Positions 52,851 to 62,367 of a stretch of 64,000 nt of DNA are shown in pieces. The translations under genes and the position numbers were made by a program. This DNA is from Methylophilaceae bacterium. GTDB taxonomy: Bacteria > Pseudomonadota > Gammaproteobacteria > Burkholderiales > Methylophilaceae. The DNA is taken from contig JAOMTQ010000002.1 of NCBI GenBank assembly GCA_028355955.1, positions 2,754 to 66,753 of the forward strand, given 5' to 3'. Every line of letters begins with the position of its first letter. Within the stretch, counting starts at the first letter, position 1. The notes under the pieces were generated by a model that worked only from the letters and a program-made list of their open reading frames with translations, ran no database searches and had not been told where the DNA came from.

Positions 52851-53816
52851 ATGTCGAGTTTAAACAGCAGAGAACTTTACCCAGAAATAAATCCATATAA
52901 AGAGTCCTTTATAAAAGGAGATGATACACATGAGATTTTTGTAGAAGAATCAGGAAATCCTGAGGGGCAGCCTATTCTTTTCTTACACGGGGGGCCGGGT
53001 GGTGGTACTGGAGCTAAACAAAGAAGATTTTTTGATCCAAGCTATTATCGAATTATATTATTCGATCAGAGAGGTTGCGGAAAAAGCAAACCCTTAGGTG
53101 GGACATTAAAAAATACAACTGATAATCTTGTTAATGATATTGAATTAATAAGAAAAGAATTAAATATCAACAAATGGATAATTTTTGGTGGCTCTTGGGG
53201 AAGTACGCTCGCGCTAGCATATGCAATTAAACACCCAAAATTTGTTCAAGGATTAGTTTTAAGAGGTATTTTCTTAAGCAGGAAACATGAACTCGAGTGG
53301 TTCCTAAAAGATGTTGATATATTTTTTCCTGAACTTCATCATAATCTTTTAAATCATATTCCAAATACGAGCAAAAATAATCTTTTAGAAAAATATACTG
53401 AACTAGTGTTTTCAAATAATAAAGATCAAGCCTATCAGGCAGCAATTGCTTGGAATAAATTTGAGGGTAGTATATTAAAATTATTACCCCCCTCAACTAG
53501 TATTGAAGCCAATGAAGTAGACAATGAATTTGAACTTGCTCGAGCTAAAGTCCAGCTCCATTACATAAATAACAATTGTTTTGTTGATGGTGAGGATATA
53601 TTAGAGAAATCAAAAATACTAAAGGATAAGCCTATCACCATAATTCAAGGACGTTACGACATGGTGTGCCCCCCAAAGACAGCTTATGAGCTCCATCAAG
53701 CAATACCTCATAGTAAACTTATTATCGTTCCGGATGCAGGGCACTCTGCATCAGAAGCTGGTACATTAAGTGCACTTTTAGATACAACCGATGAATTTAA
53801 AAAAATTAATTCTTAA
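52851..53816 (+). CDS. pip: Proline iminopeptidase
   Basis: LHGGPG, FDQRGCG, GGSWGS nucleophile, QGRYD and AGHS motifs. Confidence 0.96.
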   Translation: MSSLNSRELYPEINPYKESFIKGDDTHEIFVEESGNPEGQPILFLHGGPGGGTGAKQRRFFDPSYYRIILFDQRGCGKSKPLGGTLKNTTDNLVNDIELIRKELNINKWIIFGGSWGSTLALAYAIKHPKFVQGLVLRGIFLSRKHELEWFLKDVDIFFPELHHNLLNHIPNTSKNNLLEKYTELVFSNNKDQAYQAAIAWNKFEGSILKLLPPSTSIEANEVDNEFELARAKVQLHYINNNCFVDGEDILEKSKILKDKPITIIQGRYDMVCPPKTAYELHQAIPHSKLIIVPDAGHSASEAGTLSALLDTTDEFKKINS

Positions 53817-53843
53817 TTTTTAAGCTGAAAATTTTATAAAAAG

Positions 53844-55073
53844 ATGCTGCAAAAAATTTTAGTTTTGTTAAGGGATAAAAGGGGGGCGAAGTACTTTACC
53901 CTTAAAGAGGTCCTTGATGGTTGCAAGAGGCATAACTTTATAGCACTAAATGCTTCAATCGCTTTCTTTACCTTGTTAGCCATAGTACCTTTGATTTTGC
54001 TAATATTATTTACACTAAGTCAGTGGCTTGCGAGTTCAAATTTTGCTTTATCTCAAATTAAAATTGTCACATCAAGGCTTTTGCCTCAGATTAGCGATCA
54101 ACTTCTCACTGAAGTAGTCAATATTGCAACCCAACAATTATCTTGGGGTTTAGTTTTGTTCGGTAGTTTATTTCTTGCAACCACACCTCTCACCCAAGCA
54201 CTGCGATTAAGCTTTATACAAATACTAGGCTTAGATAAAAAAAATACATATTTTAAAAATAAGCTTAAAGATATTTTTGCTGTAGTTGCCATAATGTTTT
54301 TTTTCTTTGCCGATATTTTTATAGATTTATACCTTCAAAAAACAACGCTCATAGCAAACGAATATCTTCCAATATTTCAATATAGCATCGTTACGTTTTT
54401 ATTATCGCTTATATTGATGACATTAATTATGAGTGTATTTTTTAAATTTTTTATGCCAACTAAAATTAAGAAAATGCATTTAATAGTCGGGGGGTTGATT
54501 ACCAGCTTACTCTGGTTTGCACTAAATGATGTCTTTGGATTTTTTATCGGCTTGAGTCAGCCAATAGGACAATTCTACGGCAGTTTGAGGAGTATATTTA
54601 TATCTTTAATATGGCTCTATCTCAATACGGGGGCAATACTTATTGGTGCTGAATTTATTGCTGCACTGCACAAACAAGATTTATTAGTATTAAAACAATT
54701 ATTTCTCATTAAGAACATTCACAGACATCCTATAATTAATAGATTAATGTTGTTGTACGGAAAAAAATATAAAAAAAATAAAGTTATTTATGATGAGGGA
54801 TCTCAGGACAACGATTTATATTTTGTCATTGAAGGAGAAGTCGCAATAAAAAGAAATGAAAAACTCATCTTTACCGTCAATCCTGGTGAATACTTTGGTG
54901 AACACGCTTTATTACAGAAAACTACACGCTCTATGTCAGCTAGTGTCTGTTCTGATTGGGCAAGACTAATCAGGATAAAGGATAACAAGGTCAGAGCTAT
55001 ATTAGCTGAAGATCCAAAGATTGCTGAAATATTTATGTTCAATATGGCAGAAAAATTACAGAAGTTCCTATGA
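53844..55073 (+). CDS. YihY/BrkB-family membrane protein fused to a C-terminal cyclic-nucleotide-binding domain
   Basis: ASIAFFTLLAIVP, YGSL..LIWLY..GAE (YihY); LYFVIEGEV..FGEHALL..RS (CNBD). Confidence 0.85.
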   Translation: MLQKILVLLRDKRGAKYFTLKEVLDGCKRHNFIALNASIAFFTLLAIVPLILLILFTLSQWLASSNFALSQIKIVTSRLLPQISDQLLTEVVNIATQQLSWGLVLFGSLFLATTPLTQALRLSFIQILGLDKKNTYFKNKLKDIFAVVAIMFFFFADIFIDLYLQKTTLIANEYLPIFQYSIVTFLLSLILMTLIMSVFFKFFMPTKIKKMHLIVGGLITSLLWFALNDVFGFFIGLSQPIGQFYGSLRSIFISLIWLYLNTGAILIGAEFIAALHKQDLLVLKQLFLIKNIHRHPIINRLMLLYGKKYKKNKVIYDEGSQDNDLYFVIEGEVAIKRNEKLIFTVNPGEYFGEHALLQKTTRSMSASVCSDWARLIRIKDNKVRAILAEDPKIAEIFMFNMAEKLQKFL

Positions 55074-56669
55074 GGGTTTTAAATCAAATGCAATACAAAT
55101 TCTTTCCTCATCAGACTCAAAAGGAATTGTTCGGTGAAACACAGATGATGGAAAGAAGATAACATCACCTTCTTTAGGTTTAATAACTTTTTTAGGAAAA
55201 TCATCATTAATAACTGGATAGTCATCGCCATGAGTACTAAGTTCAATTGCACCTTCATCTTGAGTTTTGGTATTTTTAGGAATAGATAAATAAATTGCCC
55301 CGCTAATCCATCCATCCTCATGTATATGAGACGTTAAATGACCCCCCGATTGCATTTTCACAAACCATGAACTGCTAAATTCAATTTGCTTAGGAAATAA
55401 TTTTATAAACTCACAGTCCTCATTTTTATAAAGATTATAATATTTTTTAATTGCATCTTTTAGACCTAATTCTAAAGCTTTAAAAGAGCTCTCATTCCTT
55501 TTAAATAAGTTTCCAGCAGATTGCGTTCCATAATATAATCGGCTTTGTTTGCGATCATTAATATCTGCATTATTAATATCTTCCAATAATTGAAACCTGA
55601 GCGCTTCATTATCTTCTAATAAACAAGGTATGGATTGGTGTGATACAAAATTTAAAGGTTGAGGACAAAACTTATATGTGTTTTCTTCATTAAAGTTTTT
55701 CGCATAGTGTCCAGAGAGTGTCGCCAAAAAAGGAGAATTATGTTTTGAATGCACGACATTAGCAAACTCTTCATTGAACAAATCAAATTGCTTTGATTTA
55801 TAAAGACAATAAAGAATTCTCTCTTGCCAATCCTCGAACCCAGAAACTTTAAAGTAATTGATAGCCTCTTTAAGAGAATTATTATCATATAAGAAAACCG
55901 CTAACTGATAATTAGCTCTTGGATTTTGAGAATCAACTTCAACAGCCATTCTTAAAAATCGATTAGCCTCCGAAATATTTCCATCATGCCATAGCGCATC
56001 TCCAAGATCAGAATAGAACTCTGCCTCCCCTGAACCAAGCTCAATCGCTTTTCGGTAATGATTTATTGATATAGATAAATTGCCTTGATTTCTCAAAACA
56101 TTTGCTAGATTATAATGACCCCTACCATCCTCTCTTATACTTAAGGACTTTTTAAAAAATTCTGCTGCCTCATCAAGGTGTCCTTGGAGCTGCTTTATCG
56201 TTCCCATGTTTGTAATCGCTTCAAAAAACCCAGGTTGTATTTGAATTGCTTTTTGATAGCATTGGATCGCCTCATCAAACCTTCCCATACTTTGCAAAGC
56301 GATACCTAAATTGAAATATGCTTCTGGAAAATTATTATTTAGTTGGATTGATTTTTCATAAAACTGAATAGCTTCTTCAACTTTATTTTCAGAAAAAAGA
56401 ATTGCACCTAAATTAAAATTCATTTCGGGAATATTTGGATTAATATTTAAAGCATTCTTATATGCCTCTGCTGCATTTTTAAGCGAGCCTTTTCTTTCAT
56501 AACTAACACCCAATAAATTAAATAAAATAATTTCTTCTGGGTGCTCCTTAACTAAAGAAGATGCCTTACTGATTACATCATCGTCTAAGCCCCTTTGATG
56601 CAAAGCCATTAAATCTTGTATCTCTGTTTGCGAAATTTTTTTCATATCTAATAAAATTTTTTGGAGCAC
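55068..56669 (-). CDS. TPR-repeat protein with C-terminal putative 2OG-Fe(II) oxygenase domain
   Basis: About 7 TPRs; HIH..WISGAIY..FPSSVFH..RICIAFD; start may be ATG 56646. Confidence 0.85.
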   Translation of the reverse strand: MLQKILLDMKKISQTEIQDLMALHQRGLDDDVISKASSLVKEHPEEIILFNLLGVSYERKGSLKNAAEAYKNALNINPNIPEMNFNLGAILFSENKVEEAIQFYEKSIQLNNNFPEAYFNLGIALQSMGRFDEAIQCYQKAIQIQPGFFEAITNMGTIKQLQGHLDEAAEFFKKSLSIREDGRGHYNLANVLRNQGNLSISINHYRKAIELGSGEAEFYSDLGDALWHDGNISEANRFLRMAVEVDSQNPRANYQLAVFLYDNNSLKEAINYFKVSGFEDWQERILYCLYKSKQFDLFNEEFANVVHSKHNSPFLATLSGHYAKNFNEENTYKFCPQPLNFVSHQSIPCLLEDNEALRFQLLEDINNADINDRKQSRLYYGTQSAGNLFKRNESSFKALELGLKDAIKKYYNLYKNEDCEFIKLFPKQIEFSSSWFVKMQSGGHLTSHIHEDGWISGAIYLSIPKNTKTQDEGAIELSTHGDDYPVINDDFPKKVIKPKEGDVIFFPSSVFHRTIPFESDEERICIAFDLKPS

Positions 56670-56827
56670 ATGATAATTTTCATACCCTTCAATATTATAA
56701 AACAGCTCTTATCAAATCTTTATACAAATATTAAATCTTAAAATAGTAAATCTTAATAAATTTAATATCAGTAATGTTATGTCAATGTTAAAATATGTTT
56801 CTTAATAAATTATAGCTAGGAAATAGA

Positions 56828-58084
56828 ATGGTCCCATACACAACAATCGAATTAATTGGTGCTACTTTATTTCTTATCGCAATTATTCACACCTTTTCAA
56901 CTAAATACTTTGAACATCTAGCGCATATACACAAACGATTTTCAGGAATCCTTCACTTACTAGGTGAGATTGAGGTTGTTTTTGGCTTTTGGGCTATGGT
57001 GCTTGTATTGTTTATTTTTGGTATCGAAGGTGGCGATATAGCTGTCAATTATGTGGATACTCGAAATTTTACTGAGCCGATGTTTGTTTTTGTGATCATG
57101 GTAATTGCTGGAACTCGACCTATTCTTGAGTTATCAAAAAAAATTGTTTTACTATTTTCAAACTTCATTCCTTTAAATAAAGAATTAGTCATATATTTTC
57201 TACTTCTAAGCTTTGTTCCTTTATTAGGTTCGTTCATTACAGAACCTGCAGCAATGACTTTGGCTGCACTTTTACTTAGCCAAAATTACTTTAGGAGCAA
57301 GGTAAGTAGCCGCTTTAAATATGCCACCTTAGGTGTGTTATTCGTCAATATTTCAATAGGCGGTACTTTAACCCCCTACGCAGCCCCTCCAATTTTAATG
57401 GTCAGTAATACTTGGAATTGGGATATTTGGTACATGTTGGCAAATTTTGGCTGGAGAGCAGGTATTGGTGTTCTAGCAAATGCACTTATTATTACTTTTT
57501 TATTTAAAGAGGACCTAGCGAAAATAGTATTTAAAGATGACACCAAATCAAATGTACCCCCCTTAGTTATCCTGATTCACTTATTCTTTTTAGTTAATGT
57601 TGTTTATTTTGCGCACCATCCATCAATATTTATGGGCATCTTCTTGTTTTTTATTGGGTTTACCTCAGCCTACAAACATTATCAAAACCCACTTATCATT
57701 AAAGAAGCATTACTTGTAGCATTTTTTCTGGCAGGTTTAGTTGTTTTAGGAGGAATCCAAGGGTGGTGGATAACGCCTGTTCTCTTATCTATGGATTCTA
57801 GCGCTGTTTATTATGGTGCAACTGCTCTTACTGCACTTACAGATAATGCAGCCCTCACCTATTTAGGATCTCTTGTAGATGGGCTCTCAGATGAATTCAA
57901 GCTTGCCTTGGTAAGCGGTGCTGTAACTGGTGGTGGGTTGACTGTGATAGCGAATGCTCCAAATCCTGCTGGGATCTCTATTTTAAGAAAACATTTTTCT
58001 GAAAAAAATATTAGCCCCCTTGGTTTATTGGTAGCTGCTATTCCACCAACACTTGTTGCAATCATTGCCTTTAGGTTTTTATAG
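56828..58084 (+). CDS. Putative Na+/H+ antiporter (DUF1504-like)
   Basis: LLGEIEVVFGFW, ITEPAAMT, TDNAALTY and GGGLTVIANAPNPAG motifs. Confidence 0.85.
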   Translation: MVPYTTIELIGATLFLIAIIHTFSTKYFEHLAHIHKRFSGILHLLGEIEVVFGFWAMVLVLFIFGIEGGDIAVNYVDTRNFTEPMFVFVIMVIAGTRPILELSKKIVLLFSNFIPLNKELVIYFLLLSFVPLLGSFITEPAAMTLAALLLSQNYFRSKVSSRFKYATLGVLFVNISIGGTLTPYAAPPILMVSNTWNWDIWYMLANFGWRAGIGVLANALIITFLFKEDLAKIVFKDDTKSNVPPLVILIHLFFLVNVVYFAHHPSIFMGIFLFFIGFTSAYKHYQNPLIIKEALLVAFFLAGLVVLGGIQGWWITPVLLSMDSSAVYYGATALTALTDNAALTYLGSLVDGLSDEFKLALVSGAVTGGGLTVIANAPNPAGISILRKHFSEKNISPLGLLVAAIPPTLVAIIAFRFL

Positions 58085-58088
58085 TTAG

Positions 58089-59012
58089 ATGGAAACATAT
58101 ATCTACCACAATAAAAAACTAATCAATAAAAGAAAAAAGCTGCGTCTCACCATGAGTGATGTCGCCAAAACATTAACTTTAAGTACAACCCAAATCAAAT
58201 CATTAGAAAATAATTTAGATATCGGTTTTGCGTCACCTAAATATAAATTAATTCTTTTAAAACGCTATGCACAGCTGTTGGATATCAAGCTCGAAGACCT
58301 TATCAAAAATAAAGATATATCAAATCTAGAAAAAGAAAATAAATCCCCAGCTCAAAAGACTAATTCAATTCTTCACAATAAAGTAAATTATTCTGTTTTA
58401 GTCATTATTCTTTTTGGATTTATCATTTATTTATTTAATACAGATTTATCTAAATCAAAGAATCAAATACCAGACTTAAATGAAGTCACTCCTAAAACTA
58501 TTTCTATTGAAGCTCTCGAAGAAGAACATGTTGAAGGAGCAGATGATTTGTCTAAAAGTTTAGGTAGCCCAGAACAAATTTCTGATAACAACGGTGAATA
58601 TAATCAATTAGATTCACAGCTTAATGAAGAGCCTCTTACCATTGCAGATGATGTAGTCGCTTCAACTGAACTAGATAGCCCCTCTGAAGTTATAGCTTTC
58701 AATTCTAGCGAGAATTTTGTATGCAAGGTCGGCACCGCACAATTGAAATCTTTTTCAACGCAAAACCCTGAAAAATCCTCATATTATTTTTATATCATTT
58801 CTCATGACTCTCAAAAAATATGTGTAGTGGATTCCTTAGGTGCTCTTAAAGAGTATGATTTTAAAAAAGGGGCCAAGCTTAGTCATCATGGTTCGCCGCC
58901 TTTTAAAATCCAGCTTAACCCGAATGTTAGTGAGGTTTATTTTGAAGGATGGAAAGTCAATCTTCAAGATAATGATTATTTCATACAACTCAACCCTGCA
59001 CTAACTCCCTAG
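58089..59012 (+). CDS. RodZ-like HTH plus single-TM protein
   Basis: N-terminal HTH (RKKLRLTMSDVAKTL..QIKSLE..KRYAQLL), TM segment, acidic linker, C-terminal beta domain. Confidence 0.7.
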   Translation: METYIYHNKKLINKRKKLRLTMSDVAKTLTLSTTQIKSLENNLDIGFASPKYKLILLKRYAQLLDIKLEDLIKNKDISNLEKENKSPAQKTNSILHNKVNYSVLVIILFGFIIYLFNTDLSKSKNQIPDLNEVTPKTISIEALEEEHVEGADDLSKSLGSPEQISDNNGEYNQLDSQLNEEPLTIADDVVASTELDSPSEVIAFNSSENFVCKVGTAQLKSFSTQNPEKSSYYFYIISHDSQKICVVDSLGALKEYDFKKGAKLSHHGSPPFKIQLNPNVSEVYFEGWKVNLQDNDYFIQLNPALTP

Positions 59013-59019
59013 TTTTAAT

Positions 59020-60267
59020 TTATTGAGCAATCAATAATTCATCCCAAGAAGTCGTAAACGAACGACTTTTATTTAATTGTCTCATCTGCCATTCTGGATT
59101 CAATGGCTCTGTTCCTAGGCGAACACTTTTCTTATTAAACTTATTATTAATTTTATCAACTACTTCCATAGAGCTATTATCAAGGGTCGGCCAAAGATCT
59201 TTTTGTTGTATTGATTTGCTAATAAGGCCTGATAACAAAACTCCGCACTTTGTATATTTAATATTTGGTTTAAATATAGCCCTAAGTCCTTCTAGAGCTC
59301 TAGGCAACATTAAATTATGATGATTTGTTGGAAAGTCTAAGGGAATCCTAATCGCCCTTGCATAGTAATTATCCTTGCATCTATGGGGGCTACTTCTAAT
59401 AAATAACGTAATACTGGTAGCAAGCATTTCTTGCTGCCTTGCTTTATATGTAGCCCTAGACAAGAAAGTGGTAATTGCCTCTGAAAGCATTTCTATAGTA
59501 TTTACTGGTCTACCAAAACTTCTTGACGATAAAATTTCATTTTTTTTGGGGGCTTCTGTGATAATTGGAAAGCAAATAGATTGATTCAATTCCACCACAA
59601 TTCGTTCTATATTCACATTAAAGTAAAAGTTAATCTTGGCTGGGTTAGTCAATTTTAAATCCAGTACGGAATTGATACCCATCTTTTTTAATTTAGCAGA
59701 TGTCTTAGCTCCCACTCCCCATACCTTGCTTACATCGATATTAGCCATTATTTTATTTATCTCATTTTCTTTCATCTTGCTAAAGTCACAAACACCATGC
59801 CAATTACCTTGAGTCTTTGCACAGTGATTAGCAAATTTAGCTAATGTTTTTGTAGGGGCTATTCCGACACATACAGGCATACCCAGCCACCGCGATAATC
59901 TTTTCCTTATCAGCCTACCAACTGCATTCAGATTATTCTGACCACTTAAGTCTAAGAAGCATTCATCAATAGAATAGATTTCTTGAAGATCAGCAAAACT
60001 TGAAAGTATTTGCATAGTACGAAAGCTCATATCAGCATAGAGCGGATAATTTGATGAAAGGATATTTACTTTATTCTCATTTAAGAGTTTTTTAATTTTA
60101 AATAAAGGTATACCCATCTTAATACCTAATTTTTTAGCTTCGTTACTTCGAGAAATAATACACCCATCATTATTACTTAAGACAACAACAGGCTGATTTA
60201 TAAGATGTGGATTGAATAATCGTTCGCAACTAACATAGAAATTATTGATATCAATTAACGCTATCAT
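59020..60267 (-). CDS. umuC: DNA polymerase V catalytic subunit
   Basis: DINNFYVSCER, SNNDGC, YSIDE and SRSFG motifs; C-terminal WQMRQ...FTTSW. Confidence 0.96.
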   Translation of the reverse strand: MIALIDINNFYVSCERLFNPHLINQPVVVLSNNDGCIISRSNEAKKLGIKMGIPLFKIKKLLNENKVNILSSNYPLYADMSFRTMQILSSFADLQEIYSIDECFLDLSGQNNLNAVGRLIRKRLSRWLGMPVCVGIAPTKTLAKFANHCAKTQGNWHGVCDFSKMKENEINKIMANIDVSKVWGVGAKTSAKLKKMGINSVLDLKLTNPAKINFYFNVNIERIVVELNQSICFPIITEAPKKNEILSSRSFGRPVNTIEMLSEAITTFLSRATYKARQQEMLATSITLFIRSSPHRCKDNYYARAIRIPLDFPTNHHNLMLPRALEGLRAIFKPNIKYTKCGVLLSGLISKSIQQKDLWPTLDNSSMEVVDKINNKFNKKSVRLGTEPLNPEWQMRQLNKSRSFTTSWDELLIAQ

Positions 60268-60854
60268 TATTTAAATTTTCTAACAGCGCCCGTGACCACC
60301 CCCCATAATTCAAACTGTGTATTATCATCAATCTCAATCGGCTTATATTTTTCATTAGCTGGCAACAAACGAGGTCTCAATTTATATTTAGAAAGTGTTT
60401 TAATCGTAAAATTTCCATCAATAGAAGCTAAAACTATATCTCCTATTTTCGCCTGCATAGAGCGGTCAATGATTACAATATCCCCATCATTGATGCTTGC
60501 ATCAATCATGGAGTCTCCTTTGATTTTCACAAAAAAAGTAGCATCACTTTTTTTAATTAAATATTCATTTAAATCCAAACGCTTCTCAACGTGATCGTCT
60601 GCAGGCGAGGGGAATCCAGCAGGTACTTTATGCTCAAATAGAACAAGAGGGTTATAGGTAGTCTCTTTATAAGCCAGGCTAATTTCATCAATATTATTCA
60701 TCCTAGATAAGTTGAGATATTTTTTAATATTGCCTAAAGAGCTACGTGGAACTCGTATTACTTTAGTTTCTTCTCCATACAGTCCACTACCAGTTTTTCT
60801 TCCAGCTCCTAATCTAACACCTCCTCGATTATTTTTATTCTTGACGATTTTCAT
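60267..60854 (-). CDS. umuD: UmuD-family S24 peptidase with extended N-terminus
   Basis: AGFPSPA cleavage site, GDSM serine, TIK lysine; TAATG coupling to umuC; extra N-terminal RGGVRLGAGRK..KVIRVP. Confidence 0.92.
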   Translation of the reverse strand: MKIVKNKNNRGGVRLGAGRKTGSGLYGEETKVIRVPRSSLGNIKKYLNLSRMNNIDEISLAYKETTYNPLVLFEHKVPAGFPSPADDHVEKRLDLNEYLIKKSDATFFVKIKGDSMIDASINDGDIVIIDRSMQAKIGDIVLASIDGNFTIKTLSKYKLRPRLLPANEKYKPIEIDDNTQFELWGVVTGAVRKFK

Positions 60855-60878
60855 TTGAATATTGTAACATTAATCAAA
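60854..60878. promoter_or_regulatory. Candidate umuDC operator (imperfect inverted repeat)
   Basis: TTTGAATATTGTAACATTAATCAAA abutting the umuD ATG. Confidence 0.5.
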
Positions 60879-61026
60879 TATATTATCGGTTAAAATTATT
60901 TACTTTTTTTATTGACAACAAAGTTCAAAGAGGGCAAAGTAGTTTTAACCTTTGCCTGTACAGCAGTAAGCGTAGGGATGGTAGAAGATAGTGACAAAAA
61001 AAAATTTATAAACAAACGGAGGTTTT

Positions 61027-61299
61027 ATGAATAAAGGTGAACTAATCGACGCAGTAGCAGCAGCAACAGACGACACAAAAGCAGGCGCAGGACGTGCCGT
61101 TGACGCAGTAATCGAATCTATCACTGGAGCATTAAAAAAAGGTGACACTGTTACCCTAATTGGCTTTGGTACCTTTAAAACAGCTAAAAGAGCAGCTAGA
61201 ACAGGGCGTAACCCTCAAACTGGAGCAGAATTACAAATTCCAGCAAGAACAGTACCTTCTTTCAAAGCTGGAGCAGCACTGAAAAGCGCAGTCAATTAA
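61027..61299 (+). CDS. hup: HU family DNA-binding protein
   Basis: MNKGELI, GFGTF and GRNPQTG motifs; GGAGG SD. Confidence 0.97.
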   Translation: MNKGELIDAVAAATDDTKAGAGRAVDAVIESITGALKKGDTVTLIGFGTFKTAKRAARTGRNPQTGAELQIPARTVPSFKAGAALKSAVN

Positions 61300-61313
61300 G
61301 AACTATTTAGGTT

Positions 61314-61345
61314 AAAAAAAATGCCCTTAAATGGGCATTTTTTTT
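61314..61345. terminator. Bidirectional intrinsic terminator between HU and the pentapeptide gene
   Basis: AAAAAAAATGCCC-ttaaat-GGGCATTTTTTTT. Confidence 0.88.
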
Positions 61346-62283
61346 ACATACCGCAATTCCGACATTTTCCCAAGACTTTATCAAAGCCTATGGTTTTACT
61401 TAAACCTATAACATCCTTAAAATTCGCATCTTCGACATTGGCACCCGTTAAATCTGCACCCGTTAAATCTGCACCCGTTAAATCCGCTTGGATTAACTCA
61501 GCTCTATACAAATTTGTATTCCTTAAATTAGCACCCCTTAAATCACCAAAAATAAAACTAGCAATATTAAGATCAGCATCTTCAAAGTCAGTGTCTTTAA
61601 AATTACCTCCGGCAGAATCAAATTTCATTTGCCCCATTGGCTGATTTCCTACATCTAAACCAAAACGTCCATTTTTCACCAGTGCTTTCGACATATTTAC
61701 CTTCCCAAGAGTCCCAATCATACGTGCGTTAGTTAAGTTTGCGCCCATGAAGTTAGTATCACCGAAAATAGGTTGAAAGATAGTAGCTTCAATTAAAATA
61801 GCCCCAGCAAAGTTTGCTTTTTCTAATCTGGCAAGGTTCAAATAAGCTCTTTGTAAATTAGCTCCAGAAAGATTTGCATCTCTTAAATCAGCGCCAAAAA
61901 AACTAGTATTAATCATTACGCAGTGAGTTAAATCTTGGCCTTTGAAGTTTAAGTACCCCAAATCCTTATTAGAAAAATCACAATCCGGGTCATCTAAAAT
62001 TTCATTAGCTTCAGCTTGGGAAATTTCTACTCTTTCTACATTATTTTTTTTATAAAAAGCAACCGCGCTTGAAAGAGTTTCTTGAGGACTTTCTAAAAAT
62101 ATAGATTTTGATTTTTTATTACCAAAACAATACTTTTTACCCTCGAACATACTATTGATATCACAATTTGTTTTATGAAAGTTACCCTCGGCTAAACTAG
62201 TTGTGCAATATTGTTCAAGTTCAGCAGAATGAAGCGGGGGAAAAACAAATACTAATAGAAATAAAAAAAAATTTATTTTCATA
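61344..62283 (-). CDS. Exported pentapeptide-repeat protein with N-terminal YHS-like domain
   Basis: Signal peptide from MKINFF; GKKYCF..F (YHS-like); many A[DN]Lxx repeats; start position approximate. Confidence 0.8.
61441..61484. repeat. 15-bp tandem repeat x3 (coding GADLT pentapeptides)
   Basis: GCACCCGTTAAATCT repeated about 3 times. Confidence 0.9.
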
Positions 62284-62367
62284 CTATAACCCTCCAATTA
62301 TTATATAAATTATAGACTTAATAAGTTATATTTAGTTTTATATTTAATTTTAGGAGTTATTGTATAG

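Noticed and set aside
60956-60963. CTGTACAG as a LexA SOS box
   Set aside because: It lacks the 8-bp spacer of CTGT-N8-ACAG
59020-61299. umuDC plus HU as cargo of a prophage or ICE
   Set aside because: No integrase, att repeats, phage or conjugation genes, and no evident compositional shift
61441-61484. Tandem repeat as a CRISPR array
   Set aside because: 15-bp units without spacers, in frame within a pentapeptide-repeat CDS; no cas genes
343-61644. Many short ORFs antisense to, or nested in, identified genes (e.g. 343-534, 5057-5341, 42072-42509, 61321-61644)
   Set aside because: They are shadow frames of well-supported genes with no recognisable motifs; the KSAPV repeat ORF is simply the antisense of the pentapeptide repeats
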